The notes: generated by a model from the sequence alone, not told the origin. A stretch of 63,896 nt of DNA, filler included, from Reticulomyxa filosa (GCA_000512085.1; 17 parts of 17 records of this genome joined end to end with filler, not necessarily neighbours in it), one strand, 5' to 3'; counted from the first letter of the whole stretch, positions 12,936-26,844 are shown. Program-made: numbers and translations.

Positions 12936-13073
12936 CTTTGCACGACATGTTTTTTATCAACAAACAAATAAACAAAAAATTGAATGAACAAATGAACAAA
13001 TAAATCAATAAATACAAAAAAAAAATAAATAAAATGCAATGTTGTTTATAGTATTCAATTATTTAAACATTCG

Positions 13074-13111
<38 letters not shown>

Positions 13112-16100
13112 NNNNNNNNNNNNNNNNNNNNNNNNNNNNNNNNNNNNNNNNNNNNTTAATTAATTAANNNNNNNNNNNNNNNNNNNNNNNNNNNNNNNNN
13201 NNNNNNNNNNNTCGTCCCAAAAGGAACACAGTACTTTAAAAAAAACAAAATAAAGTAAAAGATCCACAAAAAATTCTTAGACTCACAAACAATAAGTTGA
13301 AAAAATTAAATTTCAAGTTTTAATTAAACTTCAAAATACCAAAAAAAACAAATTAAATCTCAAAGGTTGAATGGCGAGATCAATCAACAGTTGTGAAAAC
13401 AATTTTGGCTCTTCCCTGTGGAATGTCAGTGAAAATTACATGATCAAAGTTAATGCTCAACCGAATCATCTGAGCCTTTGTTTTCGAATTGTTGAAGTCT
13501 CATAAAATGGCGTTTATCACTCCGAATGGACCATACGGATGGAACATAATGATATTTGAATCCACAAACGCATCTGCCACGTTTTAAACGTATAATATCA
13601 TCATTTTTTTGATATATCGACTATAATGATTTGTATATATAACATTTTGGTTGTAATAGACATAATAGAAATACTTATATGTAGTATCCAAAGTCTTTGT
13701 CATATTCAAAAATATAATATAAGACTTGCGATTAGCAAATGTGAATTCTTTTAAAACGAATTAGTCTTATTGGCGCAAGTGATATCAGCAAAAGATGTTT
13801 ATGCAAATACAAAATATCAATAAAGTGTTAAGTATAACTAGAAGTAATTAGAACTTATGTTGGGCTTGGCTCAATAAATAGCGATATTTATTCCAAATAT
13901 AGCTTCATTCTTCACTTTTTGGTACATAAATATCTCGATTGTAAATCTAAGTTCGAAAATGCTCATTTAGTAGCTAATTTCTTCGATATATCATTTACAT
14001 TTGGCAATGGCCATTCGTCGCGAATATTAGCTTAATTTAATTTACTCTAAACACGTATGCGTATTGAATTCCCTTTCTTACTAATAGCACCATTGCTACA
14101 AATTGAGATGAACTTTTGCGTATAATCCTTTCTGCTCCAATTCAGCAGACTGTCATTTGACCTCTTCTACTTAATAGATATTGTTTGTGCTGGATCTGTT
14201 TTGTTGATGTTTCAGCGCCAACTCCATTTCCATGTCTGGTGTTTGACCAATGTCAATGTATTTTTGGATTTGAGCTTTTAGTTATCAATATATCCATACA
14301 ACGTTTAACTTTATGATTTGACGTTCTGTTTTGTACGGTGACCTGCGAATTCTCTAATACAGCTTCATTTTCTTCCAATGTTTTTGGGTTTTGGTCTAAT
14401 ATCAATATCATCATCCAATTTAATGAATCTAACAACTCATCCATCAATATATCGTTCAACACCTTTCTTGCATTAACGTTACATCTATCGCGTAATCAAA
14501 TTCCAATTTCAGTGCGAATTTTGCTTGTCTTTTCAGAAATTTTTCTTGAATTGCAACAATTTTTCCGTTCGTCGACATAATGTTTACCTCCAAACGTTTT
14601 GCACATCCGTTCAAATTTTTTCGATCATCTACTGTACGTCTGCTGACAAACATTTAAACATAACATATCTTAAACAAAAATAGTAAAGCTGAAATAATAA
14701 TTTTTTTTCAAATGTATCGAACACTCTTAATGCTAAGCAATGTTCGGCCTTCTTCCATAAGCATCATGTTGTCAGTAAAACAGTTATTATCCTAGTTACC
14801 AGTAGTTTGCACATCAGTACTATTACAGAAACTTATTACAAGATACTTTTAATGTTTAACAGTCACCTCCACCTTTCACAGTCACACAACGCCAAGACTA
14901 TGAACTAGTGACGACACCCTAAAGTGAGCCTCGACAAATAAGTTACCAAAATTAACAAAAATGAAAATCACACTAAACTTACATTCACAAAATTTATCCA
15001 AAACTTAATAGATGTTGAAGTATTTGGTCACTTTCAACCAAAATCTCTCAAAATACAATTTTTTAGTAAAAAATCTTGATAATGTAGACTTAATATAAAT
15101 TTTTCATAAAATGTTTTCCACCAATTTTTTTCAAAAATAACGAAATTTTACAATTGAAACGAATAACAAAATTTGTTGAAATATTCATTAAAAACAAAAA
15201 TCATCAACAGATCTATAAAAAAAAAATAAATGACTATAAAGTAAATTTTATGCTAAAAATGTCATAATTTAAACGAAAATTGTTCAAGTTTGATTAATTT
15301 AATTTTTTTTCCTTTTGGTTTTTTATTATAGTGTGTCAATTTTCAGCTTGTGATTTAAAGATTACTTATTTTTTTTGCATAATCTATCCTTGTTCAGGCA
15401 CTATTGGTAACAATAAACATTGCTCAAAAATAAATCAATCCAAAACTTTCAAAAGATTTTCTTTTTACAAATAAGCATTATTTTGATCATTAATAGAAGA
15501 TGTAATCAAAAACAAAAATCCCACGTAAAAAATAGAATGCGCGAAAGCAGTTAAATAGTAACAAAAATAGCAAAAATTTCAAAAAAGCTCAAAATGTTAG
15601 CAATTCTCTATAAAACCGAACTTTGTCGAAAAAAGTATTCACATTTTTCAAATAATTATTAAAGATTTAATAAAAAACCAAAATCAAGATTATATTTAAA
15701 AACATATCTGAATGTTGTTTGTTTGTGAAGAAAATCGATCATCTCTGTAAGGTGCCGTTTTATGTATCAACTTTCTTTACAAAATTAACTGTAATATTCC
15801 AATTTTACTCTTATTATCATCGTACACAATATATTGTATCCTTAAACTTAGTTTAATTTCTTGTATGAACAATAATGTTAAATATCCAGTTGATTTGATA
15901 TTTTACTACAAACGTTGTTTATGTGTTAATTGTGAATCCACAATCACAAGTTATACATAATCAAAAAATCGTTTTTTTATTATAACATGTAGTTGCGAAA
16001 ATTGTGTTACTTGCACCTTTCTTCGAACTCGGCTTTTATTCAATATGTGCAGTATCCAAAAAAATGATAGCATGTACTGTTGAAAAAACAGTGTCGAACG

Positions 16101-16196
16101 GGTTAACCTGTGACAAAAATATTTTCATTGTTTTTGTAGGAATTCCTAAATAATACTTTTGTCAACCTTATATCAACATTTGCAAATAAAGAAACA

Positions 16197-16961
16197 ATGG
16201 AAGATGATGATTTTCAGTTTGTGGATTTTGGGGCAAATGATCCAAATAATGACTTGAAACTAGTTAGAGAAGAGATTCAGAAGTTGAGGGAGACGTTGTC
16301 AGCAGAGGATAGCCAAGTGAAAGCCCTTGAAAAAGAAATGAAAGAATGGCGAGCAACAATGAATGCAATGGGAGAAGAATTGAAGAAAGTGCGACAAGAA
16401 AAGGAGACCATGCAAAAAGGGATGGAAGCAATGGAACAAAAGAACAAGGGTGTACTAAAAGAGATCAACAGTTTAAAGCAAGAAGTAGAGCAATTAAAAA
16501 AAAATCAAATTGCTCAAAAAACTAGTTTGGGTTCTTATGTGAATGCCATAAATAACATTGAAGAGAAGAGCATTCAACAAGAAGGTAGCAATGGCAATGC
16601 AAAAGGGGTGTTGAAAGAATTAGACAAAAGTCAGTGCTACTCGTGTAAAAGCTGTGGAACGCACATTGGGTTGGAAAGTGACATTATCAACCGTTCCTAT
16701 CAAGTCGGTCAAGGACCGTTTACAGAAGCGAAACGAGGCTTTCTTTTTAAAAACGCTGTGAACTTAACATTGGGTATCATCAAGACTGAGACATTCACAA
16801 GTGGATCATACGAGATATCGTGGACAAATTGCTCGAAATGTGGTGCGTCTTTGGGTTGGAAATACCTGACTTCGAGTAATGAAACTAATTTGTCAAAAGT
16901 GGGAAAATTTTGTTTGGCCCGCTATAGCTTGACTTCGCCACAAGAAAGAAATGATATATGA
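16197..16961 (+). CDS. Coiled-coil plus Yippee/Mis18 zinc-binding domain protein, intronless
   Basis: YSCKSCGTHI…RGFLFKNAVN…CSKCGASLGWKY…KVGKFCL (two CxxC, GWKY); N-terminal heptad region of about 90 aa. Confidence 0.88.
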   Translation: MEDDDFQFVDFGANDPNNDLKLVREEIQKLRETLSAEDSQVKALEKEMKEWRATMNAMGEELKKVRQEKETMQKGMEAMEQKNKGVLKEINSLKQEVEQLKKNQIAQKTSLGSYVNAINNIEEKSIQQEGSNGNAKGVLKELDKSQCYSCKSCGTHIGLESDIINRSYQVGQGPFTEAKRGFLFKNAVNLTLGIIKTETFTSGSYEISWTNCSKCGASLGWKYLTSSNETNLSKVGKFCLARYSLTSPQERNDI

Positions 16962-17303
16962 AATCGTGTCACTCTATTTTCTTTGTTTACTTACTTGATT
17001 GTTGAATTGTTTTACTCTTTTTTTTTTGTGAACTCGGAATGTTTATTCTTGGCTGAATAAAAAGTATTATTTCAACGCACCTTACAAAAAGATTTTTGTT
17101 GAGCCAGTGGGACAATAAAATTTTTCAAACAAGAAGCAAATTGAAGAAGATTTGACTCAAATATGTCCTTCCTGATTCAGTGAAAGGGGAGTGAGAATAG
17201 GAGGGCGCAAAAAAGGAAGGAAAGAAAGAGAGGAGGAAAAAAGTTTGAATGCAGACACACCCTTTTTTAAAGTTTTTTTCCCCCTTGACAAAAACAAAAA
17301 ACT

Positions 17304-18650
17304 TTATGAAAAACCTCCTGATCTCACCATGTGCTCAAGAAGAGCTTGATTGGCGAGATCGTCACCCATCATGGGACCTGCTCCGCCCAAATTAAGTTTT
17401 TTACGAATGTAATTGGGTGTCTTTTTGACTTCTAATTGATTTTTGTCCAAAGAATTCCAAAGGCGCAAAAGCGAATGTATTCGCTTGTGAAGCTGGGAGA
17501 GCATTTCAGCATCGGAAGTGGTGAACTGTTCTTCAAAGGTGACAACGCCCTGAGAATCCATGGTGGCAGCCAACTCGCCGGAGCGAATCATGGAGACCAA
17601 AATCTTTTTTGCATGAGGGACGGACTCGAAGGCACAAAGATCCTTGACCTTTTCGATGGACAAGCGGGTGTAGACTGACGTGAGTTTGCGTACGGCGTGT
17701 TTCTGAAGCGTCTTCTTGACCTGTTGCACGAGTCCAAAGTTTTTGTCCTTTGTGAAGATTTCAGCATGTCGTTCGATGACCTTGGACACAGAGTCGACGC
17801 CTTCGGCAAAGGCATCGACGAGTTCGACGTATTCAGAGCAGAATTTGCGGTAGTAGCGCAGCAGGGTGTTGGAGGTGTAGCGAGGGAGCTTGGGCAGCTG
17901 CTGTCTCCACACGAGAGATACGAGCACGTATTTCTTGTAGCTCTCCAACTGAATGGCGCTAATGTGTTCCGACGGAGCAGTCAGGGCCATTGACAGCGCT
18001 TCCAATGCCTTGTCGTACTTCTTCATCGCGATAAACACCAGTCCCGAATAATAAAAGTACATCAAGTGATCATACGAACGTACTGCGCCATGCGATTGCA
18101 CCTGGATGATCTCCTGCTCCACTTCCGGAAAGGCCAGATGATAGCACATACTCTGCACGCAGCAATACATCAGCTCCGAGTGCGCGTACGTCAGGATCGT
18201 CTCGTCCCCGTTTTGGAACAGTTGGATCGCCCGCTTTAGTGTTGGAATCACTCGCACTAGTCCCATACCCTCCGATTTCAATATGTCCACGTATGCACGC
18301 ACCGCGTCTGTCAACGGCCGTGGAAACAATGCGATTTGCGCGCCGTCCGCGCATTCCAACAGTCTCTTCACTTGCGACACAAACGTCTGTACGTATTGCA
18401 CGTCTTCCATCTTCTCGCCTGCTTTGAAACCCAACACGTACGAGTATGCCACCGAATGCTTCTCTGGGCGCAGCAACGAATTCAACACCATTTCGATCTG
18501 CGGCTTGTGGCGCGCCAGTAGTCGACACACCACACCATATTTCCAATTACTTACAAACTGCGGCCAATCTTTTGAGGTCGCTTGTTGCGCGTCCTGCACA
18601 AATTGCTCCAACGTCTGATTCTGCGCTTTTGAAAACACGGTTTGCAACAT
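17304..18650 (-). CDS. CSN3: COP9 signalosome subunit 3 (PCI domain), intronless
   Basis: HSVAYSYVL, LTYAHSEL, YFYYSGLVF, AIQLESYKKYVLVSL, LPKLPRYTS, FTKDKNFGLVQQV, VRKLTSVYTRLSI; 448 aa. Confidence 0.9.
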   Translation of the reverse strand: MLQTVFSKAQNQTLEQFVQDAQQATSKDWPQFVSNWKYGVVCRLLARHKPQIEMVLNSLLRPEKHSVAYSYVLGFKAGEKMEDVQYVQTFVSQVKRLLECADGAQIALFPRPLTDAVRAYVDILKSEGMGLVRVIPTLKRAIQLFQNGDETILTYAHSELMYCCVQSMCYHLAFPEVEQEIIQVQSHGAVRSYDHLMYFYYSGLVFIAMKKYDKALEALSMALTAPSEHISAIQLESYKKYVLVSLVWRQQLPKLPRYTSNTLLRYYRKFCSEYVELVDAFAEGVDSVSKVIERHAEIFTKDKNFGLVQQVKKTLQKHAVRKLTSVYTRLSIEKVKDLCAFESVPHAKKILVSMIRSGELAATMDSQGVVTFEEQFTTSDAEMLSQLHKRIHSLLRLWNSLDKNQLEVKKTPNYIRKKLNLGGAGPMMGDDLANQALLEHMVRSGGFS

Positions 18651-19016
18651 TCTTGATAATCTTACTCAAGCTAAGATTGCACAACAAAAAAAGGTACAAT
18701 ATTTAAAAAAAATTTATAACCCCTTTGCACTACAAAAAAAAAACTTTTAAAAAAAAAATTTGTAAAACGTGATTTTATTCTATATTACAACATTGCTACA
18801 TCTCTGCTGAGACAGAAAGCAGATCTTCATTGTTTCTTGGTGCAATTGTTGATCAACTTTGAATTTCACTCTTTTCAGGCTTAATTTACACATTTTTTCC
18901 TCCAATATATAATAATNNNNNNNNNNNNNNNNNNNNNNNNNNNNNNNNNNNNNNNNNNNNTTAATTAATTAANNNNNNNNNNNNNNNNNNNNNNNNNNNN
19001 NNNNNNNNNNNNNNNN

Positions 19017-19057
<41 letters not shown>

Positions 19058-19069
19058 TGAAATATTAAC

Positions 19070-20188
19070 TTTCAAATTTGAAATGCTCAAACTTTTCATG
19101 TCTGCTAATTGTTCAGCTATGTCTCCAATATCAGTTAATTGTTTATCTTCAATCATCCATTGTTGATCTTTTTCATAGTCCTTCCATTTCCTTGCTTCTG
19201 TTCTTATAGCTGCTGACATGTCCTTAAATACTCCAAAAATGTACACCCATTTCTTATCTTCACTTAATACAGTAACAGGATATCTCAATGGAATAGGCAA
19301 TGTCGGTCGATGTTTCATCCACTTATTGCCACTGATCGAGTATACATAGATTTCATGTACTATTTCTCTAAGAAAGTTTTTCCCACCAAAAAACAAAATG
19401 GAATCTTGTATGCGGACACAAGCATAGGAGTAATAAGCTCGAATTGGTTTCCAAACCTGTATCTTATGAAAATGAAAAAGGTTATAATCTTCATTGTATT
19501 CGATTGACAATCCTGCTCCAAAACAAAATAACAACATGTTTGTATTCTTGTTATTCGCGTTGGTATTGCTTTCAAATGCTTTTACAAAACAATGAAAAAA
19601 AACGCAATTTCGAACGGGCAAGGTTTCATATTTGATCAATTGAAATGTATTCAAATTGAACACGGCAATGTTTTTGGGATAATAAGTGATAAATAATAAA
19701 TTATTATTGCTTCCACCAATTAATGCACGCGCTCCAAGATAATCATCCTCATCTGTTCCAATCGAAACTGCATTGTTGTTGTTGTTGTCTGCCAAAGGTA
19801 CCCATTTATTCCAATGCTTTGCTTTGCTATTTGTTTTATCATTATTCCAAACGCTCACATATTTCATTATCAATGCATGTTTATGTGAACCACCAAAAGA
19901 TAACAATGTCATTTCATTAATATCATCCTTAGTATGCTCAAGTCTCACCACACAATGCCCTTCTAATACTACGTCGCTTGGATATCGGCAAATAAACTTA
20001 TACTTGTTTTTTAATATATGATAAGAATAACAACCACTCGTTTTATGACCTCCACAAATTATTATTTCATCCTTGAACAATATGCACTGCGTTTTTTCTG
20101 AAGGGATTGACCAAGAAGTCAACGTCTCAAAGACAATGTCCATAGGCGCATTTGTAACTTCTTCTACTTTCATGTCGTTTTCATTCAT
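19070..20188 (-). CDS. Kelch-type beta-propeller protein of an expanded family, first exon, 3'-partial
   Basis: QCILFKDEIIICGG…CYSYHILKNKYKFICRYP…HCVV…LLSFGG…GARALIGGSNNNLLFI…ILFFGG; paralogous to 22753-23842; GT donor after SNLK. Confidence 0.8.
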
Positions 20189-21035
20189 TGCAATGGGATT
20201 CAAAAACAAACTTTGGATCTTGCCACAAAGTAAGGCCAATGTCAACCACGTAGTTGGACTAGTTTTTTTTGCCAACAAAATGAACTTTTTTTTTTTTTTT
20301 AGTACTTGTGGAAGCGCTATATCTAGATTGTGTAATTTAATTGTTCATTTATACTATGGTTCAATTCGTGTTTGGGACTGAACATTTATGAATGAAATTT
20401 TATTTTAAATTTAGATTTGAATTGATAATGTTAATTTTTCATTTTGCTTTTTTAATCATTTGTCACACAAGAAGCGTGTAATACGTTTTTGTTGTCACAA
20501 AACAAACTAACGAATTGATTCATTTGGATACTCCAAATATTTGGAGACTAACAAATAAAATAACTCGATCCAAAAAGAAAAAAAAGTTTCAAATGAATTA
20601 CTTACTTGTTATAAAAGACCTATTGTTCTTTTTTGAAGAGGAGTTTCATAATAGTTGTGTCTTGATTTTTCACACAATGATTGGCGCTGAGAAATTCTTT
20701 AAAAGGTGAAAGTAAAAAAAAGAAAAAGAAAAACTACAATTTTTTATGTGTTAATGCATAACCTCTTGTTCATTTGCTTTAAGAAAAGCAAAAAAAAAAT
20801 AGAATTTTTTTTTCCTCTTCCAGTTCCAAGTTTTTTAAAAATAAACTTATCTTTTACTCTTTTCGAAATTTATTTATTTTCTTTTGCAAAAAAATAAACT
20901 ATCATTAAAAAAATGACATTTGTAATTTTTTTAAGTCTAATGAAAAGTTTTTGTTGTGTTCCCCCCTCATTCATCCCAAAAACAATCTTTGCAATTAACA
21001 TCAATAAAGAAATTAAGAAAAGCCAAGGAAAAAGA

Positions 21036-21759
21036 TGAGCAGAGAAGATGAAAGAAACTCCAAAAGAAAAAAAAATTGGAGTGACTACAGTTTCCCTTAA
21101 GCAATCGTGCTTCAATAAAAATTGGATATTACAACTGAACCGACCAGAACAATTTAAACACTTTATCTGTTTAATTTGCAAACAAGTTGCCAATTACCCC
21201 ATTGAAATCCATTGTCAAGAGCATAAAGGTATTGGTGGATCATTTCTTGTTGGGGAAAGTTGTTTAAAGCAATTTTTGGATGCCAATCCAAATTCATGTC
21301 CTATTCAACCTCATACAAATTGCATATATTATCGGAGTGATGTGATAAGCCAACATATTGATGAATCAGAAGTGACGTGTCCACTACAATTTCAACAAGA
21401 TTTACAGCAGAAAAATGAAGGATTGACTTGTAATTTTAAAGGAAAGATCAAAGAGTTAGATAATCATTTAAACGATGTTTGTGCTTTGAAGATGTTGGAT
21501 TGTTGGTATAAACAATTTGGATGTGACCATAGTTGTCACAAAAACAAATTACATTACCATTTGTGTTTGGAAGTAAAGTTTCATTTTGATTTGGTTGTTA
21601 CATTTGTTGAAACATTACAAGTTCAGTTCTTTTTTTTTTAAAAAAAAAAAGTTTTATATTCAAGAAGAAAAAAAAAACGAATAAAAATACAATTGAACAA
21701 AAAATAAGAACGAAAATATTACGTTGAAGAAAGAGCTTTCGGAAAAAGACAAGCGGTGA
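21036..21759 (+). pseudogene. Truncated RING-like/TRAF zinc-finger gene (paralog of 36046 without WD40 part)
   Basis: FICLICKQVAN…C…H…GESCLKQFL…CPIQPH…VTCPLQF…CNFKGKIKEL…HL…CWYKQFGC; first ATG is out of frame relative to the paralog; stops about 17 codons into exon 2. Could be a short functional gene. Confidence 0.6.
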
Positions 21760-22752
21760 CGTGCAAACACTTTTGCAACAATTGGAAAAGAAACGTTCGC
21801 GTGTTATGATTTTGTGGAACTATTCCTCCTCAGTTTATTATTTTTTTTTTTTTATGTTTGTATGATTTGATTTGCGTTTTTTACGCACATATACGTAACA
21901 TGGAACTGTGTATGATATACATGTAGGCATATAGTCAAATAATAATAATAAATAAAGTTTGATTGGATTACATGTAAGGTTTCTTGAAACAAATTGATAA
22001 TTAATTGCTTCCTTTAAAAATACTTGAAAAGAGTTGTCTTTTTTTACTCTCTGTTATTTTCCTGTATTACTGCAATTGTGCTCTGTACAGTGCTGTTCCC
22101 ACACTGATATCATCTTTGCGATCAATAGAGAATTTATCATTAATTTGAATGGATTGCGAACAAATCTAGTTCCTTTTGTGGGATTTGTGAGAAGACTAAA
22201 TGTAATACGAAAGGAACTTAGTTCCAAAAGAACAACTTCAGTAAAAGAAAGTAAATTAAGAAAGAATAATAACAACTAAAATGAAAGAAACAAGTACAAC
22301 GAGAAAAAAGTGAGTTGTGTTGAGAAGAGGGTTTTAACCCACTGGGGGTCCCACCGTTCCGTTAGTAGTTGGGGATTTATAATAGAGACTTTCCCTACAC
22401 TTTTCTGAAATTGCAGTGCATGATAACGGGCATAAATCCAATTGTCTCAACAATAGATGTTGTCACAATCTCTAATGAATATTTTGAACCTACCAATTGG
22501 CTGGTCCATTATGATTTATTTGATCCTAACAAAAGGTTATTTGAATGTTTAACTAATGAACTATATCAATGATGATAGCTATTATTAATTTTTAGCCTTT
22601 GAAAACCCAAATTTGATGCTTTAACAAAATTTTTGTTTTTCAATTCTGAAATGAATTCCTATGATTATACTTATTCAGCTAGACAACAGTCACAGTGAGC
22701 AAAAAAAAGGGGTAGTATTTTTTTTCGCAAACTCATCTTTCATCTTTTCCAG

Positions 22753-24912
22753 ATGGAAGAAAATTCAGAACAAATTCAAGGCTTGGATGACTACAATTCA
22801 CCCTTTAACAGTTTACCTTGTTTGTCAACGCTTTTCCGGCCTCAATGTGTGGCATACAAAGATGAAATAGTCATTTGTGGAAGCTTTCAGAAAAAGATAT
22901 GCTACTCTTATCATACCATTGAAAATAAATAAAATTATTTGTTCTTATCCGGATGATATTATTATAGATAAACATTGTATAGTAAAACTTTTGAATACTA
23001 GTAATGAAAATGAAATTACTTTATTGTCTTTTGGTGGAAATAAAAAACATACATTAATAATAAAATACATAAGTATTTGGGATGAAAAAAATGTTAATAA
23101 AAAAAATTATAATCAATGGATTCCATTTATTGATAATAAAAATAATTCAATAATCCTTGGAGAAGATAATAATTGTGATTATGTTGGAGCACGTGCAGTA
23201 ATTGGAGGAAGTAATAATCATTTATTGTTTATCAGTTATCATCCAAATAATATTGATATATTTGATTTAAATACATTTCAATATATTAAACATGATATTT
23301 TTTCCACTAAATATTCTATAAGATGTCATAATTTTTTTTTAATATCAAAAAAGAATGAAATGTTATTATTTGACGAAAGAGTAGGATTGTCAATTCAATA
23401 TGATGAAAATAATAACAATTTTAAATTTAATAAAATACAATTATGTAATAATATTAAACTATCAAGTTGTTATGGATGTGTTCATTTGAATAATTTTATT
23501 CTATTTTTTGGTGGTTTTTATTATAATAATATATCAAATGAAATTTATAAGTATTCAATTACTAAAAACAAATGGACTAAATTGGAGCAAATATTATCTA
23601 TACGATTGTGTCATTGTGTTGCCCTATTAAATAGTGATAATACATTTATACATATTATTGGATTTGATGGAGAAGAATTAAGTCATATAAAAGCAAAAGT
23701 AAATGAATTGATAAAAGATGAAGAAGAAGAAGAAGAAGAAGAAGAAAAAGGGATAATTGAAGATAAAGAAATAATGGAAACTGAAGAAATTGCATTTGAA
23801 TTATATGAAATGAAACAAGGATTGAATATAAAAAAATTAAAAGTTAAAAATGATTAAAATTATATTAATATGAAAAAAAATTTGTTATGTAATAAAAAGA
23901 AAGGATGGATTGATGATTTCAATATTATCGTATTACGATATTTTCTGGTAAAAGTATATTTTTTATATAATATTTATTTATGCAAATGAATTTTTAAAAA
24001 TAAAAAAAAAAACAGCCAAAATATTTCAAACCATTTAAAGAATTTAAAGGACATTGTGATCAAATAAATAGTATAAAGATTTCACCAGATGGTACTAAAA
24101 TTGTTTCATCTTCAAATGATAAAACCATAAAAATATGGGACATTACATCAGGAATTGTAATCAAACAGTTAATAGGACATGAAGATAATGTAAACGATGC
24201 AGAATTTTCTCCAGATGGAAATTTAATTGTATCTTGTTCAAGTGATAAAACTATTCGATTGTGGGATGTAATATCCTGTATTGAAACAAAGATATTGCAA
24301 GGACATAATAATAATGCAACAAGAATAATGTTTTCAAAAGATGGAAAAATAATTATATCTGCCAGTTCACGTGATGAAACAATTAAAATATGGGATGTAA
24401 TATCTGGACAAGAGATTCAAACATTAAAAGGAAAATTACTTGGTAAAAATGATGTAAAATGTTCTTCAAATGATAATCAACAAATTATAGTATCATTTGA
24501 ATGTGATATTATTGAAATTTGGGATATTCAATCAAGTAAAATAATTAAAAAATGTAATTATGCAAATGGTGTACAGAAAGCAGAATATTCTTTTGATGGT
24601 CGTTTTATTGTCTCAATTTCAACAAATGGGATAATTCAAATATGGGATGTTAAATCAGAAATATTAGTAAACGAATGTTTAAATTATGACAAAAATTTAA
24701 ATTGTATAAAATATTTTCCAAATGGACAAACACTAGTAATGTCATGTTCAAGTAAATCTACAATTCAATTATGGGATACAAAATTAGGAATTGAAATACA
24801 ATAATTAGAAGGGCATTCTAGTTTTATATCAAGATTAGATATTTCATCAGATGGGAATTTAATTGTATCTTGTTCTAATGATAAAACAATCAGACTATGG
24901 ATGCCTTTGTGA
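22753..24912 (+). pseudogene. Kelch plus WD40 gene with a frameshift (about 22930) and an in-frame stop (24802-24804)
   Basis: Kelch exon 22753-23842, micro-exon GWIDDFNIIVLRYFL (about 23900-23948), WD40 exon 24017-24912 (KGHCDQINSIKISPDG…KTIKIWD); reads IEIQ*LEGHSS…KTIRLW. Confidence 0.72.
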
Positions 24913-25753
24913 GTCATTCAATAGAAAAAGTTGATAATTGTGACTGCATTGTAACAATGAAATTTGCTACCTTTTTTTGAGCAGTTTCAAAAAATAACAA
25001 GATTTCGCAATAAAAACGAATAAACAAAATTTGTTGAAACGATATAAATGTTGCTTAAAAATAAATTAAGCAAGAATTTTCATAAATTTTTTTTAAAATA
25101 AACATCATTGTAACTATTTTAGAAAATAAAAAAAAATTTTAATAAAAACTGCAAATGTAAATAAAATACAAATGAGTGGTATTTTCTTGTTTTCATCATT
25201 ATGAAGCTGTGTTTATACAAGCCAGCGTCTCGAAATTTCTTGCATTTTGTACAACTGACATCCGGTAAATGTAAGTCATGCATGCGTTGATAAATTGACT
25301 TATTTCGTCGAACTCCATCTCGTTAATTAGCTTTAACAGATTCCGGTGCAATAGCAAAACCGCATCTTCGCACTCCACACCCAAAGAAAATACTTTTTAC
25401 ATATTCCAATGCCTATTACGAAAAGAAAATCACATTAATTAAAAAATAAAACTAGATAAAAAGTTATTTCCAGTATATATCGTTTAAATAATTGTCATTG
25501 TTTAAAAAATTGTAATTTGTAATTGCAAATTGTGATCNNNNNNNNNNNNNNNNNNNNNNNNNNNNNNNNNNNNNNNNNNNNTTAATTAATTAANNNNNNN
25601 NNNNNNNNNNNNNNNNNNNNNNNNNNNNNNNNNNNNNCGTATCCAATCGACAGTAATGCACGATACAAAACTAGGACAAAACTAGGACAAAAAAAAAAAA
25701 AAACAAAACAAAACAAAATAAAATAAAATAAAATAAAACAAAATAAAATAAAG

Positions 25754-26812
25754 ACAGCGGTAGTATTCGATTCCAAACCTCGACGTGTGTTAATTGTAAA
25801 AAAGCACAAAAGCGAAGAAATAACCAAACAAATGCAAGAATTGGTGCGTTGGATGCAAAAGCAAAGTGTGGAAGTGTTCATTGAGCCTTCCGCAAAAGAC
25901 GAATTCCAAGATTTACAAGTTTAGTCGATTTCTTTTTAAGCGAGATATGTATATATGCATATATATATATATATATGTATATGTGTATATGTACATATGT
26001 ATATAAAATGTGCAATGAAAAAAAAAAGGCAATCAGCCTAGACGACCCCGGGGATGGTATCGATTTCATGGTGTGCTTGGGCGGGGATGGCACGCTATTG
26101 CATTTGATAAGCTTATTTCAATCCGAAAAGACAGTACCGCCGGTAATGGTGTTTGCCAGTGGATCGCTGGGCTTTTTGACTCCTTACGATTTTAGCAACT
26201 ATCGCAAGCATATTAAGCAACTACTCAAATCAAACACGCCGCATTTCGTCACGTTTCGCTTGCGATTGGAAGGGAGGATCTATCGATTCAATGCCAACAA
26301 GTCGAACATGAATCCGAATGAAATCGAGGATATCGACGATGGCGACGCCAGCGACAGCGAGACAAGCACTAGCATCAGCACCGCCGCCTTTGCTAGCGCC
26401 ATTGCCAGCGCCAATGCCGCGGCCAACGCCGCCTCCGGCACGAGCAACAATCCCAATAGCATTAACACCACTTTGATCCGATCTGCTTCTCTCAAAAGTC
26501 GTGACAGTCCTGTGCTCACTTGGAGTGTGGAGGGGAGTATACATCGATCCCTTCATGGTCAAATCATTGACGAGCTGAGGACGCCTTCGTCTATTGACGG
26601 TATTCTAGGTGAGGAGGATCGCTCCTTAAAATTCGTTCGCACTGTTTCAATCAAGGGAATGGAATCGGATCAAAAGTTTCAAGTCTGTTTGTTTTTTACT
26701 TTACCTTTTGAATTTCCTCTTCAAGAGGAAGGGAGAGGAAGGGAAGGGAAGGAAAGGGGAGGAGGAAAAAAAAAAACACCTATTTTTTTTCTTTTTTTTT
26801 TTTAGAGCCAGT

Positions 26813-26844
<32 letters not shown>

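Noticed and set aside
13380-14660. Short minus-strand ORFs as a gene (possible RBR/zinc-finger remnant)
   Set aside because: Fragments are short and stop-ridden, and no family could be supported.
17304-18650. GC-rich intronless ORF as foreign DNA
   Set aside because: It encodes eukaryote-specific CSN3 and is flanked by host-like AT-rich sequence.
24802-24804. Stop-codon reassignment (in-frame TAA in the WD40 exon; TAG and TGA near 7640-7690)
   Set aside because: Intact genes end with TAA, TAG and TGA and contain no internal stops; the affected loci also have frameshifts.
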